This document shows positions 31,775 to 42,490 of a stretch of 64,000 nucleotides of DNA, one piece after another (positions within the stretch are counted from its first letter, which is position 1; each line of letters opens with the position of its first letter). Made by a program: the position numbers and the translations under genes. Under the pieces are notes generated by a model, which made no database searches, was not told the origin of the DNA, and worked only from the letters and a program-made list of their open reading frames with translations. Source of the stretch: the human T2T-CHM13v2.0 reference genome, Homo sapiens; assembly GCF_009914755.1 (NCBI RefSeq), contig NC_060926.1; one strand, given 5' to 3'.

Positions 31775-32750
31775 ACAGTGAAATGCAAATTACAGAGTGG
31801 AAGAAGATTTTTGCAATACACATGCCTGACTAAAGCCTCAAATCCAGAATATAAAAAGAACTTGAAATCAGAAAGACAGGCAACTGAATGCAAGAAGGAG
31901 CAAAAAACCTGAAGAGATGGCTTTGAGAACTGGGCCTCTCACAGGGCTCATGAGCCCATTAACAGGTGCGGCGTCCTCACTCCCCAGGGAAGAGCAACTT
32001 CAGGCCACCACACTTCAGAATGGCTCTAACTAAACAAACAAACAAACAGAACCCATGGAGGAATGCTGAGCAGTCGAAATTCTCATACAGTATTGATGGG
32101 AATGTAAATTGTTAGAGCTGCTTTGGAAAACACTTTGGCAGGGTTTTCTTAAAACCGAATATTTTCATATTCTATGATGCACAAATTGCATGTGTATAAA
32201 TATATAAATATTTCCAATAGAAATGCATCCATATATGCACCAAAAGGTGTGCTGATAATGTGCATAAATCATAAATGTAATAGCCCCCAACTACTAACTA
32301 ACCCAACACCTGTGGACCCATCGAGTTGCCCGTATCCATCAGATGGGTCTATTCACACATCAGAATACTATACAGCCATGAACAGTCACAAACTGCAGTT
32401 ACCCACAGTGAGAAGGATACAATAAAGGCCCAACACAGCACAAAACACTCCACAAACTGCAGTTACGCACAGTGAGGATACAATAAAAGCTCAACACAGC
32501 ACGAAACTCTCCATGTCATTCACTTTATAAGAAGCTTTGAAACAGGCAATACTCACTTTGGTGATGGACATCAGACTAGGGGTTAGTTTTAAGAAGAACA
32601 TAAGGAGGTTTCTGGAAAACTGGAAATGCTCTGCCTTTTCCTGTGTGCTGGTTACATGGATGTATTCACTTTGCGAACACTCGCTGGGCCGGACGCTGTG
32701 CTTTATGTCACTTCTTGAATGTGTGATATATTTCATAAAAATAACATAAA
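31775..32750 (+). mobile_element. L1M (L1ME/MD-like) ORF2 end and 3'UTR
   Basis: ACAGAGTGGAAGAAGATTTTTGCAATACA, ATCCAGAATATAAAAAGAAC, GATGGGAATGTAAATTG..CTTTGGAAAAC. Confidence 0.75.
32387..32511 (+). repeat. Tandem duplication, ~64-bp unit x2
   Basis: CACAAACTGCAGTTAC.CACAGTGAG...GATACAATAAA...CAACACAGCAC at 32387 and 32451. Confidence 0.9.
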
Positions 32751-33643
32751 AGGCTCACCAGCAATTTAAAAACAACTGATTTTTGCTAAAACCAGGAAAA
32801 AACTCCATTGAAGTCCCCTCCCCTTGGAAAAAAGAATAAGCTCATCTTTTTTAGTTTGAAACAACAGAAGTAACAAACCCTGCAGTTGTGCTTGCAGAAT
32901 ACGTTTGTTTCTGACCTGAACTCATACTTTGTCCCGGGCATTTAATTAAAATACACAGGCAGAGCTGAGTGTTGCTCAGCAGAGAGGGACAAGTCCCAGA
33001 GCATCACCTCCTTGTGCCTTTGGGTGTGTTTGTGCCTGTGCTTAGGGGTGAAGGGAGGAAGGAAATAGCTTGAATTAAGCACCTGAGAGACTGGGAATAC
33101 TTGCAAGGTCGAGAACAAAGCAATAGCTTTTGGACTGCTCTCATCAGACTGAAACATGGGGGTTCCAGCTTGTACGTGGGCACCGCACCCTGCACCACGC
33201 TGGTGAGGGAGCCGCAGTGTGCCCTGACAACAGCCCTGCTTCTGCCCGCCTCTATGCCTCCTAGCAGCAGGGCAAGCCTCCTCTGCAAGCATCTGCTGGC
33301 CTATTGATGGGAGAGGACGGGCAGGCTGGCAGTGCCACTGCTGAGAAACTCAGTGAAACAGGAGGGGATTTTGGCTGCAGCATGGTGTTTGAAAGCCCTA
33401 TTTCTATTCTTTATCATTTTTTATTGTTTCTATTTGTTAGAAGTAAAGGATCTAATCTGAGCAAATAGACTTCAGATTGGAAATGGGGAATTTTCTGGGC
33501 AGCCCAGTGGGTCCCTGCCCCTCCAGCTCTGGGAGATGCCCCACCCGTCAGAGAAATGCAACAAACAGAGAGGCCACATGGGGTCCCGTGACAGAGGCCA
33601 TGTGAGAGACAAGAACCCCAGGTGTTGACAGGGACATGCAACA

Positions 33644-33766
33644 CAGCAGTGACCGTGTGTGCCAGGGATGGTCAGCGGTGACCGTGTGTGCCAGGGGCGG
33701 TCAGCGGTGACCGTGTGTGCCAGGGGCAGTCAGCGGTGACCGTTTGCGCTGAGGACGGTCAGCAGC
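33644..33766 (+). repeat. Minisatellite, 29-bp unit x~4.2
   Basis: CAGCGGTGACCGTGTGTGCCAGGGGCGGT repeated. Confidence 0.93.
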
Positions 33767-34134
33767 ATCTATTGGATTCCCTCCCTCTTGGGGCTGGTGT
33801 GAGCAGCCATTCCCTGAGCAGCCCTGTCCCGCACACAGGCAGCTGCCCACAGAGAACACGCTGGCACCAGGAAGGATGAATGCAGAGGAGAATCATGAAG
33901 CGCTGCATGTGGTCAGACAAGCAAGTCTTCCTGGCGCTGACCAACCCCTTGAAAGACGGATGTGGGGTGTAGGGAAGTGTGAATGTGTGAGAGTTGGGGA
34001 GCCCGTGGAAGGGGTGAGACGTGGCAGTACCCTGTACCTTCCATCAGAGGCACTCAGCGGACATCCCCACTGCAGCCAGCCTGGTCTGCCACCGAGGGGC
34101 ACCCAGCACCACCGCCGGCTCAGCAGCCTCAGGA

Positions 34135-34292
34135 CAGGGGTGCTCAGCCCTGGCTGCACACTGGGGTCATCTGGGAAGCTTAGAACAATCTGCTGACCCC
34201 TGAGTCCCAGCCCCAGCGGGCCTGGCTCAGCCCGTCCAGGTTTCAAGCGCTCCCAGGCAGATTGCACATCCAGCCCAGGCCAGAGCCACTGC
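34135..34292. mobile_element. MER5A-like hAT-Charlie MITE
   Basis: CAGGGGTGCTCAGCCCTGGCTGCACACTGGGGTCATCTGGGAAGCTT...CAGCCCAGGCCAGAGCCACTG. Confidence 0.7.
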
Positions 34293-34523
34293 ATGGGAGG
34301 AATCTGCACTTAGAACAGCACAGTGTTGATATCTGAGGGACCCAGGGGCTGCCAACTCGGAGGAAAACATGCCCTGAGGCTGCATCAGCCACTGCCCCAC
34401 ATCCATTTGAACAATATGGCACCTGACCCACCACCTCCAACTCCAGCCCCAGGCCTGGTCCAGCTCCAGCACCTCCCTCAGCCCCCACCCAGCCTGTGTG
34501 GCCTCCCAATGAACACTTCAGGT

Positions 34524-34609
34524 TAGCTCCTCCGCAGGCTCCCCATGGTCAGCCACTCAGAGCCTGGCCCTGGGGGTGGGGCTTGGTCCTCCCCATGCCA
34601 ACAGCATGA
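34524..34609 (+). repeat. Dispersed ~86-bp duplicate, copy 1 (partner 37163-37248)
   Basis: Shared core CTCAGAGCCTGGCCCTGGGGGTGGGGCT with similar flanks. Confidence 0.9.
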
Positions 34610-34750
34610 TCTACATCCAGGGCCTGCCCTGCTGCCCCCGACAGGCCAAGGTGACGAGGGCTGCAAAAGCCACCTGAGCAGGGGAGTGGGCGGGGGGGAT
34701 TGCTTTTCCACCCTCATGTGTTCTGAGGTCTGGGATGAGCCTGAGCAACA

Positions 34751-35052
34751 GAGAGGCCACTGGGAGACCAGCTGGTGTCCACAGGGGTGGGTGAGCCACC
34801 GAGAGGCCACTGGGAGATTGGCTGGTGTCCAGAGGGGTGGGTGAGCCACGGAGAGGCCACTTGGAGACAGGCTGGTGTCCAGAGGGGTGGGTGAGCCATA
34901 GAGAGGCCACTGGGAGACCGGCTGGTGTCCAGAGGGGTGGGGGAGCCATAGAGAGGCCACTGGGAGACCGGCTGGTATCCAGAGGGGTGGGCGAGCCACC
35001 AAGAGGCCACTGGGAGGCCGGCTGGTATCCAGAGGGGAGGGTGAGCCACTGG
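34751..35052 (+). repeat. GC-rich minisatellite, 50-bp unit x6
   Basis: GAGAGGCCACTGGGAGACCGGCTGGTGTCCAGAGGGGTGGGTGAGCCA.. starting at 34751, 34801, 34851, 34901, 34951, 35001. Confidence 0.95.
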
Positions 35053-35383
35053 GATGCCCACCCTGAGATGGCAGAAACTGAAAGGCACGGACAGATGGGA
35101 ACCCTGGCACAGTAAGGAAGGTTTTTAAATGTGTTTTTGTCAGGGACAGCAAAGTCCCCTTCAGGCCCATGTGCAGCCATGGGCAAGGCACCGCCCAGTA
35201 CAACCTGCAGCTCCGTTGGCCCTGCCAGGCAGGGCTTCTTGGTTTTAAGGACCAATGAGCTTAAGAATCCAAGAATCCAATGGATCTTTTTCTAGTTGAC
35301 CAAATGTTGTCATTAAAGTATAGTTGATTTGTATTTCAAGACAACCAGAAAAGGTTAGCAGTTACTTTAAAAGATTAGAAACT

Positions 35384-35678
<295 letters not shown>

Positions 35679-35689
35679 CTAGAAACGGA

Positions 35690-35941
35690 AAGCCTATGCA
35701 TTCTGGGATCATTTCGATAGCTCGTTCCTGGAGAAGTTTCTCTGAGCACCAGAAGCCACAAGGAGCAGGCCCAGCATTCCCTCCCGAGCAGGCCCAGCGT
35801 TCCCTCCCGAGCAGGAGCCGTCGTCTGTGTTGCTTCCCTGCAAGTACCATTCGCCACTGATGACCATTCTTCTGTTCCTCTGGGAGAGTAAGAGGGAGAG
35901 GATGTAGTCTGAGAGGTTTATCTTACTTGTTAAAAAAAAAA
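35690..35941 (+). pseudogene. U3 snoRNA (SNORD3-like) processed retropseudogene; body 35690-35917
   Basis: Colinear with U3: AAGCCTAT.., box A GGGATCATTTCGATAG, GAGAAGTTTCTCTGA, box C TGATGA (35858), AGAGGGAGAG, box D GTCTGA (35907) then GAGGT; poly(A) 35932-35941; TSD AAGACTAGAAACGGA / ATGACCAGAAACGGA; boxes C' and B degraded. Confidence 0.92.
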
Positions 35942-37162
35942 TGACCAGAAACGGAAAATATCATCACCCCAACGGCCTCTTCAGCCTTGCTTCTGTGGAC
36001 ACAGAAGACAATGGTTTGCTAGGGTTAAACTTGAGTAATTTTGCTCACTTGCTTTTTGCCAGAGAATAGCACTTTCTTAATTAAGAGATGAACCCCCTAG
36101 GCCTGGCTGCCAAGGTTTTTATTTTTCATCCAAGTTCATCACCGAGTGCCTGGGTGGCAAGCGCCCTGGAGGCAGGAGGCCAGAGGTCTGATCTCCACGC
36201 AGGTGCAGCCACGGCGTGGGCGGGCTGACGGGTGGGGTGAGCTGAGGTCCTTCCCTCCTGGGGTTCCAGGAGGAAACACGTAGCCCTGCCCAGAGTGATG
36301 GGAGCAGGGCCTTTACTAAGGTGCTGCAGTCGGGTGTGGGGGGTCAGGAGGGGCCCCGGGAACTCAGGTTCTGAAGGGGTGGGGGCCGTTGTCCTCTCTG
36401 AACTGACCGGCCAGTGGAGGGGCTCCTGGCGGGCCATGTGAGGAGGGGGCTGCTGCACCGTGGCCAGGGAATGGCCACAGCCTGCCCGAGCCCCCTCCGG
36501 CCCCCTGTCATCTGTCACAGCCGGAGTCTCTGCTGCCACGGCTCTGGCATTTGGACCGGGTCCACAGCATCTACAGGCCCTCGGATGCTGGACAGTGTGG
36601 AATAGCTGGAACAGCTGTGCCCCACGCTGGGGAACGGAGGGCCTGGTGAGACAGCCCCCTGCTCTCCACGGGCCTCACACACCTGGCCTGGCTCTGGCCA
36701 GCTGGATCCCACGGGTGGAAGGCCTGGCCAGGTCCTGCCTCTGGGGCCCCCTCAGCCCAGGCTGATGTCTCAGGGTGACCCAGTTCCTCTTCTCGAGTCC
36801 CGAGTCCCGAGTCCAGCACGCCCCATGGAGTGGCTGCCCACAGGCCCCAGTCACGTCGCCCCTCTGGCTAGAGCCGCTTGCAGCCTGAGTGAGCCAGGCC
36901 GAGGGCCAGTGGCCTGCCCGCCTCCCCACGACGAGCACAGGCAGGGGAAGGAAGGGCTCCCAGTACCCCCTGGGGCATGTGAGCAGGAGCCCCCTGGCTC
37001 TCCCAGGCCCAGTGCCCTCCAGCTAAGCCTTTGCTTCCAGTAGGAACTGAGCTGGGGGACGAGCCCCTCTCCGCCACCACACCCTGGAGGCGTCGAGGGT
37101 CCATCACTGGCCCCTCCAAGGTCAGACTCGGGCCTTTCCCCACAGATGGGAGGGCTTCACTG

Positions 37163-37248
37163 TAGCTCCTCACTGGGCTTCCCACGGTCAGCTGCTCAGA
37201 GCCTGGCCCTGGGGGTGGGGCTCGGAACTCCCCACGACAACAGTGTGA
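37163..37248 (+). repeat. Dispersed ~86-bp duplicate, copy 2 (partner 34524-34609)
   Basis: TAGCTCCT...GGTCAGC..CTCAGAGCCTGGCCCTGGGGGTGGGGCT...CTCCCCA.G.CAACAG. Confidence 0.9.
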
Positions 37249-37764
37249 GAGGCCGAGGGTGAGCTTGTTTCGTGACATGAAGACCACGGTGAGGATTTGG
37301 CAGGAAACACGGTGCGGCCACACAGTGGAACGTGGACCTCTACGGTGACTCTGTGAGTGAAGGCAGAAGGAGGGAATGAATGAAGTGAGCTTCAGGGGGA
37401 CGCCAAGCCGCTGCCAAGCCCGGAATCTTCCACGGGCACAAAGCCCAGGGAACACAAACCACGTCTGCCCAGAAAATGCCCCGTGTCCTTGGGAGGAGAG
37501 GTCCACTGCCGCCAGCTCTGAACCCAGACACGCTGAGGGAAATATTGACAGACCTCTATACCTCTTGAATCTTAACAACTTGCGGAGGCTGAAAGATCTC
37601 TTCAAAGTGAATATTTCAGGTGAAAAGACAAGTGAGGCAGCGGGCAAGGAAATATTTGTGACATTAAACACAAAAGATTCGCATCTGGAATGCATAAGCC
37701 CGTCACGTCCCTAAGCAAAGACCAATGGCTCAAAGGAAAGTGAGGCAGGCATCCAGCGTCCAGT

Positions 37765-37938
37765 GATCATCCAGAGATGCTGGGCTGGCCGGGGAGCAGG
37801 GCACACAGGGGAGGCGACAGTGGGCGGCAGGGGAAGGAGTATGGAGGCCGAGATCATCCAGAGATGCTGGGCTGGCCGGGGAGCAGGGCACGCAGGGGAG
37901 GCAACAGTGCGTGGCAGGGGCAGGAGTATGGAGGCCGA
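37765..37938 (+). repeat. Tandem duplication, 87-bp unit x2
   Basis: GATCATCCAGAGATGCTGGGCTGGCCGGGGAGCAGGGCAC... at 37765 and 37852. Confidence 0.95.
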
Positions 37939-38119
37939 GGGTGTTGGGATGGGATGCCTGGTCCTATCAGAAGCATGAGGGTGCACAGCCCGGAGAGGCA
38001 ACGGCACAATCTGTCCAAATGATCCATGTCCTGCTGACATGGCTATGAACCCAGACATTCCAGTTTAGGAACATTTGTGGACACACACATTCCACCGTTT
38101 GCTGTGGCTGTGACCACTC

Positions 38120-38200
38120 GGGCATTACCCTGGGGACACAGCTGTGAGCAAAACAGACAAAATCCTCAACCTCACGGGGCTGACCATGGACAGAGCTTAC
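38120..38200 (-). mobile_element. L2 3' fragment
   Basis: CTGGGGACACAGCTGTGAGCAAAACAGACAAAATCCTCAACCTCACGGGGCT. Confidence 0.65.
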
Positions 38201-39059
38201 ATCAAAGGGTGCACGGGAAGCAACAAAAGTCAAACCTTGTCAATAGTGCAGCACTACTGATGCGCACACACATAGGAAAATACATCATGATCCGCATGTG
38301 GGGGCTGAAATGAAAGAGTTCCTTCTATTCTGACACACATCTCTAAATCACATTATTACCTTGAAAAGCCAGCATATATATGTGTTAAACTAAGGTTATA
38401 TTTATATGCACACAACCTTAAACATATGCAAATGTGTCAGAAAAAAAGAGAAAACCTCATTGTTAAGGGTGATTGCTCTGAAAAGAGAGCAGAGCAGACG
38501 GGCCCTGTGAGTTCTGCCCTGTACTTCAGCATCGCTTTGGTTTCTGTAGTGAGCACATGGCCCCCCACAGCCCTTAACCTTCTCCCCAACAGCTGGGCAT
38601 TGATTCCCAATCTGAACAGAGGGTCTCAGCCGTGCTGTGGGTTCTAGCACCAGTCGCCAGGCCTCTCCTTTCCCCTTCCTTCTCTTTCTCCCCATTCCTC
38701 CTCCCTCTCCCTCTTCCCCTGTTCTCTCTCCCCAGCCCTCCCTTCCTCCCTGTCTCATTTCGTGGGTGCCTCCCAGGGCCAGGCCCTATGTCTCACGATA
38801 GGACCCTGAGACAAATAGGCCCAGGTCAGTGCAGGAGACAGGCAGGGACCTTACCACTGGCAATGGGGTTTGCCTGGGGCAGGGGCAGCCTTCACCTCAG
38901 CCTCTAGGACAAGGTGCTCCAAGGAGGACAAAACGGGACCTAAGTCAGGTGGGATGGCAAGGCCCCAACACTCCTTCTGACCTCAGCGCTGAGTGCTGGG
39001 AGGTGCAGGTGCTGGGCTGTAGGCCTGGGGGCTGGTCTCCAGCACGTCTTTCAGTAGCC

Positions 39060-39230
39060 TTGCTTTTTAACTTAACTACCTTGAGTTGTCATTTAATTAA
39101 CAGACGGTAATCGGTTATGGTGGGAATTGGTTTTAGCCCGAACAATCTAACTTTGAGCAGAGAGTGCTATTTTGTGTTGGTCAGAATGTAATCCCCTTAG
39201 ACTGTGGCTGTGATTAATGGAAGACGGTGA
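39060..39230. promoter_or_regulatory. Candidate developmental enhancer (motif cluster)
   Basis: AT-rich non-repeat island with TGTCA, TTAATTAA, GTGGGAA, AACAAT, TAATCC and TGATTAATGG within 140 bp; motif evidence only. Confidence 0.4.
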
Positions 39231-40964
39231 GGGAGAGGCTGGATGAGCCCCTAGGGAGGATCGGGCAGTAGTGAGGCTGCTGCAGTTTCAAGATATCCTA
39301 GCTAAGCATGCCAGTGTTTCGTGGAGTTTCCGCGACACCGTGGGCTTCAGAAACGACACTTTGTTCTAGCATTTTCCACATCTGTGAATGCCCTTATCAG
39401 GGCCTATTGTGACTCCTGGATCAGATGATTTCATGCCAGGGAGCAGTAGCAGAAGGAGGTTAGTGCACCTCCAGCTAAAGACTGGCCTTGCAGAGCCTCG
39501 GTGTGAGCTAAGCAGCCACTGTGGCTGGGGTGACTGGGTGGTCACTTGGTCTGGGTGGGCAGCTCCTACCCAGCCGCTCCTTTGGCCTGCAGAGCTCAGG
39601 CTGGCCAGCTCTTCAGGACAGTGGTGTGTGCCAGCAGGGCAATGTAGGATGAGCCCCTTTCTGGAAGTCTGTCCTTCTGCCCTCCCGGCAGACTGAGCTG
39701 GAGGCCTGCAGTGCCCAGGGCCAGCTATGGTCAGCAGGAGGAACTGCTCCAGCTGCATCTCAGCATCCTCCCTGCCCAGTGAGGCAAGGGCCACTCCCCG
39801 GCCTGAAAAGATCTGACATGGACCAGGCTGAGTCACGGGAGGTCCTGAGCTGTGGGGCCGTGTCCAGGGAGGCTGTGGTCAGCTCTGTTCTCCAGTGGCC
39901 TGAGCTTTGGACCTAATGCCCTGGGGCCAGGCTGTGCTGAGCAGGTCTGGCTTTGGTTCCTGTGCTCCATCCTAAGATCTAAGCATGGTGGGGAGTTCTG
40001 GAGAAGCAGGACCTAACCTTGCTGGGATGACCCAGTCTCCAGGGCTCAGTTTCAGGCTGCCCTCCTAGGAAGACTTCTCACTGGACTGCCAGCCGGGGGC
40101 TAGGGGCGCAGTCCGTGATCTACACTCCCCCACTGGGTGCCACGGTGCCGGCTGTGGCTCTGGTCCAGGGCTCCAGTAGCCTGTCTGGGTGGCAATAAGT
40201 CCTGCTGCTCTGGGACACACTCTCTCCGAGGCTTTGGCTGGAAACTGGAGATTGCAGCAGGTGCAGCTGACCGGGCAGAGGCAGCAGGCTCCCCACATAC
40301 CCACGTGCAGGTCTCCAGGGTCCCGCCACCTGCCCCCAGGGGCTCTGAAAGCTTTTGGGAAAGATCCAGGGAGCTAAGCTGCCTGTCAGGGCTTTGAAGG
40401 AGTTGGTGCCATTTGCTAGTTCTCATTTTCAAAGCCAGCAAGGCTCCGACAGCCATGGGCAGGTCAGGTTTCATCCTAAGTGGAACTAGCTGGGCAGCCT
40501 GGTGCGATAAGAATGAGGTGCTGGTGGATGCTGAGCTGAGCCAGATCTGGTTTCTCATCCAGAGATAGAAGCCCATTGTTGGCCGCTCTCCCACGGTGTT
40601 TCCCAGGGAGAGCAGAGGCCTCCGGCGGGGAAGCAACACCCAGACCCAGGCCCAGTGAGCCGAGGGGGCTTCAGAAAGATGAGCCAAGTGGGGCAGGCTT
40701 GGTTTGATTCAGGGCTGGGAATGGGGGATACAGTGACCTTTGATGGCTTCTAGAAACAGAGCCAGGAGGCCGTGCCAAGGATAGAAGGCGCCGCCGTGCA
40801 CCAAAGCTGTTCGTGCCTTCACTGCAGGGGCCAGAGACCAGTCAGGGCTGTCCACGGGGCAGTCACACGAGGAGGCCAAAGGCGTCCTCACTCCCTCCTC
40901 CTGCCTCCCCAACTGCACAGCCAGGCACAGGCCTGGACAAGGGTCTCAGCAAATGCTCGATAAG

Positions 40965-42490
40965 GGGCAGATTTTTCAAAATGAATGATTCCATTTGCAA
41001 GTGGACAGTTTAGTGACATTAAATGCACTCAGTGTTGTGCAGCCGTCACCACTATCGGTGCCTAAAACCCTTTCCATATTTCCTAACAAATGCTCTGCCC
41101 CTGTTAAACATGAACTCCCCAGTCCCCATCCCCCCAGCCCCCTGCCAACAACCCTTCTACTTTCTGTCTCTATGAATCTGACTTCTCCAGGCACCTCATG
41201 TAAGTGGCATCTTACAGTGTGTGTCTTTTTATGACTGGCCCATTTCACTTGGCATCATGTCTTCAAGGTTCACCCACGTTGTGACCTGTGTCCAAATTTC
41301 TTCTTTTGTGGCTGATGTCCTATTGCATGGATGCACCAGGTTTTGTTTTTCCGTGCACCCAGTGACATGTGGGTTGTCTCCACCGTTTGATGATTTCCAA
41401 CAGTGCTATGAACAAGGGGGTGCAAATATCTCTTGCCAACGCTGTTTCCAATCCTTTGGGCTGTAGACCCAAAAGTAGAATTCCTGGGTCGTGTGGTAAT
41501 TCCGATCAATTGAACAATGTGTCTCTCAGAGGTATTCAATGGAAGAATTTGTCCCTGGATGTTTTTACTAAAACTTACTAAAGCCAAAAGCCAAAACATC
41601 ATATTAGTTAACAGAAAATTGCTCTGACATATGCGGAATAACCGGGAATAGAAAGCATTCTTTCCAAAGCGATCACACCAGGTAAATTCAGCCACATATG
41701 AGTCTAACTCTTCACCGTGAACACCTCTCATGCCCTTGAATTGTGTTTCACATCTGTTCCAACGGACTGGATGTTTTGAGCATGCACACCGAGAGATAAC
41801 ATGAAACAGCAGATTTTTCCAAAAAAGACTCCTTTTGAAGCGAGATCCATGATGATTGACAATTGTAGCAAACGCACTTCCAGGAATAGCCGTGTCTGCG
41901 TTGGCGTCTTACCATCCACCATAGGGGCTGGTGATGTGACGAACATCCAGGAGCCATAGACAGCAGATTACACGGCTCCAAGAAGTCAGCGGCTGGCGGA
42001 TCTGAGGCACTGACCATCCCAGGCTGCAGGCTATCTTGACATAAATGTTTCTCCCCTGGGAGAAGTGGAATGAAAATCTTCTAAAAAATAACACCACTAA
42101 AAATAGGAAGTTTGAATCTGACCCACAGTGTTGATCACACTTGAGGAATCTGACCCCCAGGACGCCCAGGGACAAGTTGTTCGATTGATCCGGTAACTCT
42201 GTTTAACCTTTGGAGACAATACCAAACTTGACAGCGGCTGCACCGTTTGGCACTCCCACCAGCAGCGCACCCAGGTTCCAGCTCCTCCACACCCTTGAGA
42301 CTCTTGCTTCCTGAGGTTTTGACTCCAACCATCCCGGTGGATGAAGCGGAATCTCATTACAGTTTTCATTCCCATTTCCCTGCTGACCGATGATGTTGAG
42401 TGCTTTCCCTGTGCTCATGGGCCGTGTGAGCGTCTCCTTTGGAGACTGTCTATTGAAGTCCTTTGAAGTGGCATGTTATTTGACTCGAAT
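40965..42490 (-). mobile_element. L1MB 3' end, split by an insertion at 41504-42190
   Basis: CTACTTTCTGTCTCTATGAATCTGAC...TTCACTTGGCATCATGTCTTCAAGGTTCA; L1 sequence TGGTAATTC resumes as GGTAACTCTGTTTAACC. Confidence 0.88.
41504..42190. mobile_element. Non-autonomous DNA transposon with TIRs and a 9-10-bp TSD (Mutator/MuDR-like; family not certain)
   Basis: Left end GATCAATTGAACAATGTGTC; right end reverse complement GATCAATCGAACAACTTGTC; flanks TGGTAATTCC and CGGTAACTCT. Confidence 0.75.

Noticed and set aside
33670-33745. Canonical estrogen response elements
   Set aside because: The spacer is 4 nt, not the 3 nt of the ERE consensus.
36868-37695. 275-aa reverse ORF and other 130-215-aa ORFs in the GC-rich blocks
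   Set aside because: No recognisable domain or exon structure; such ORFs are expected in GC-rich, stop-poor DNA.
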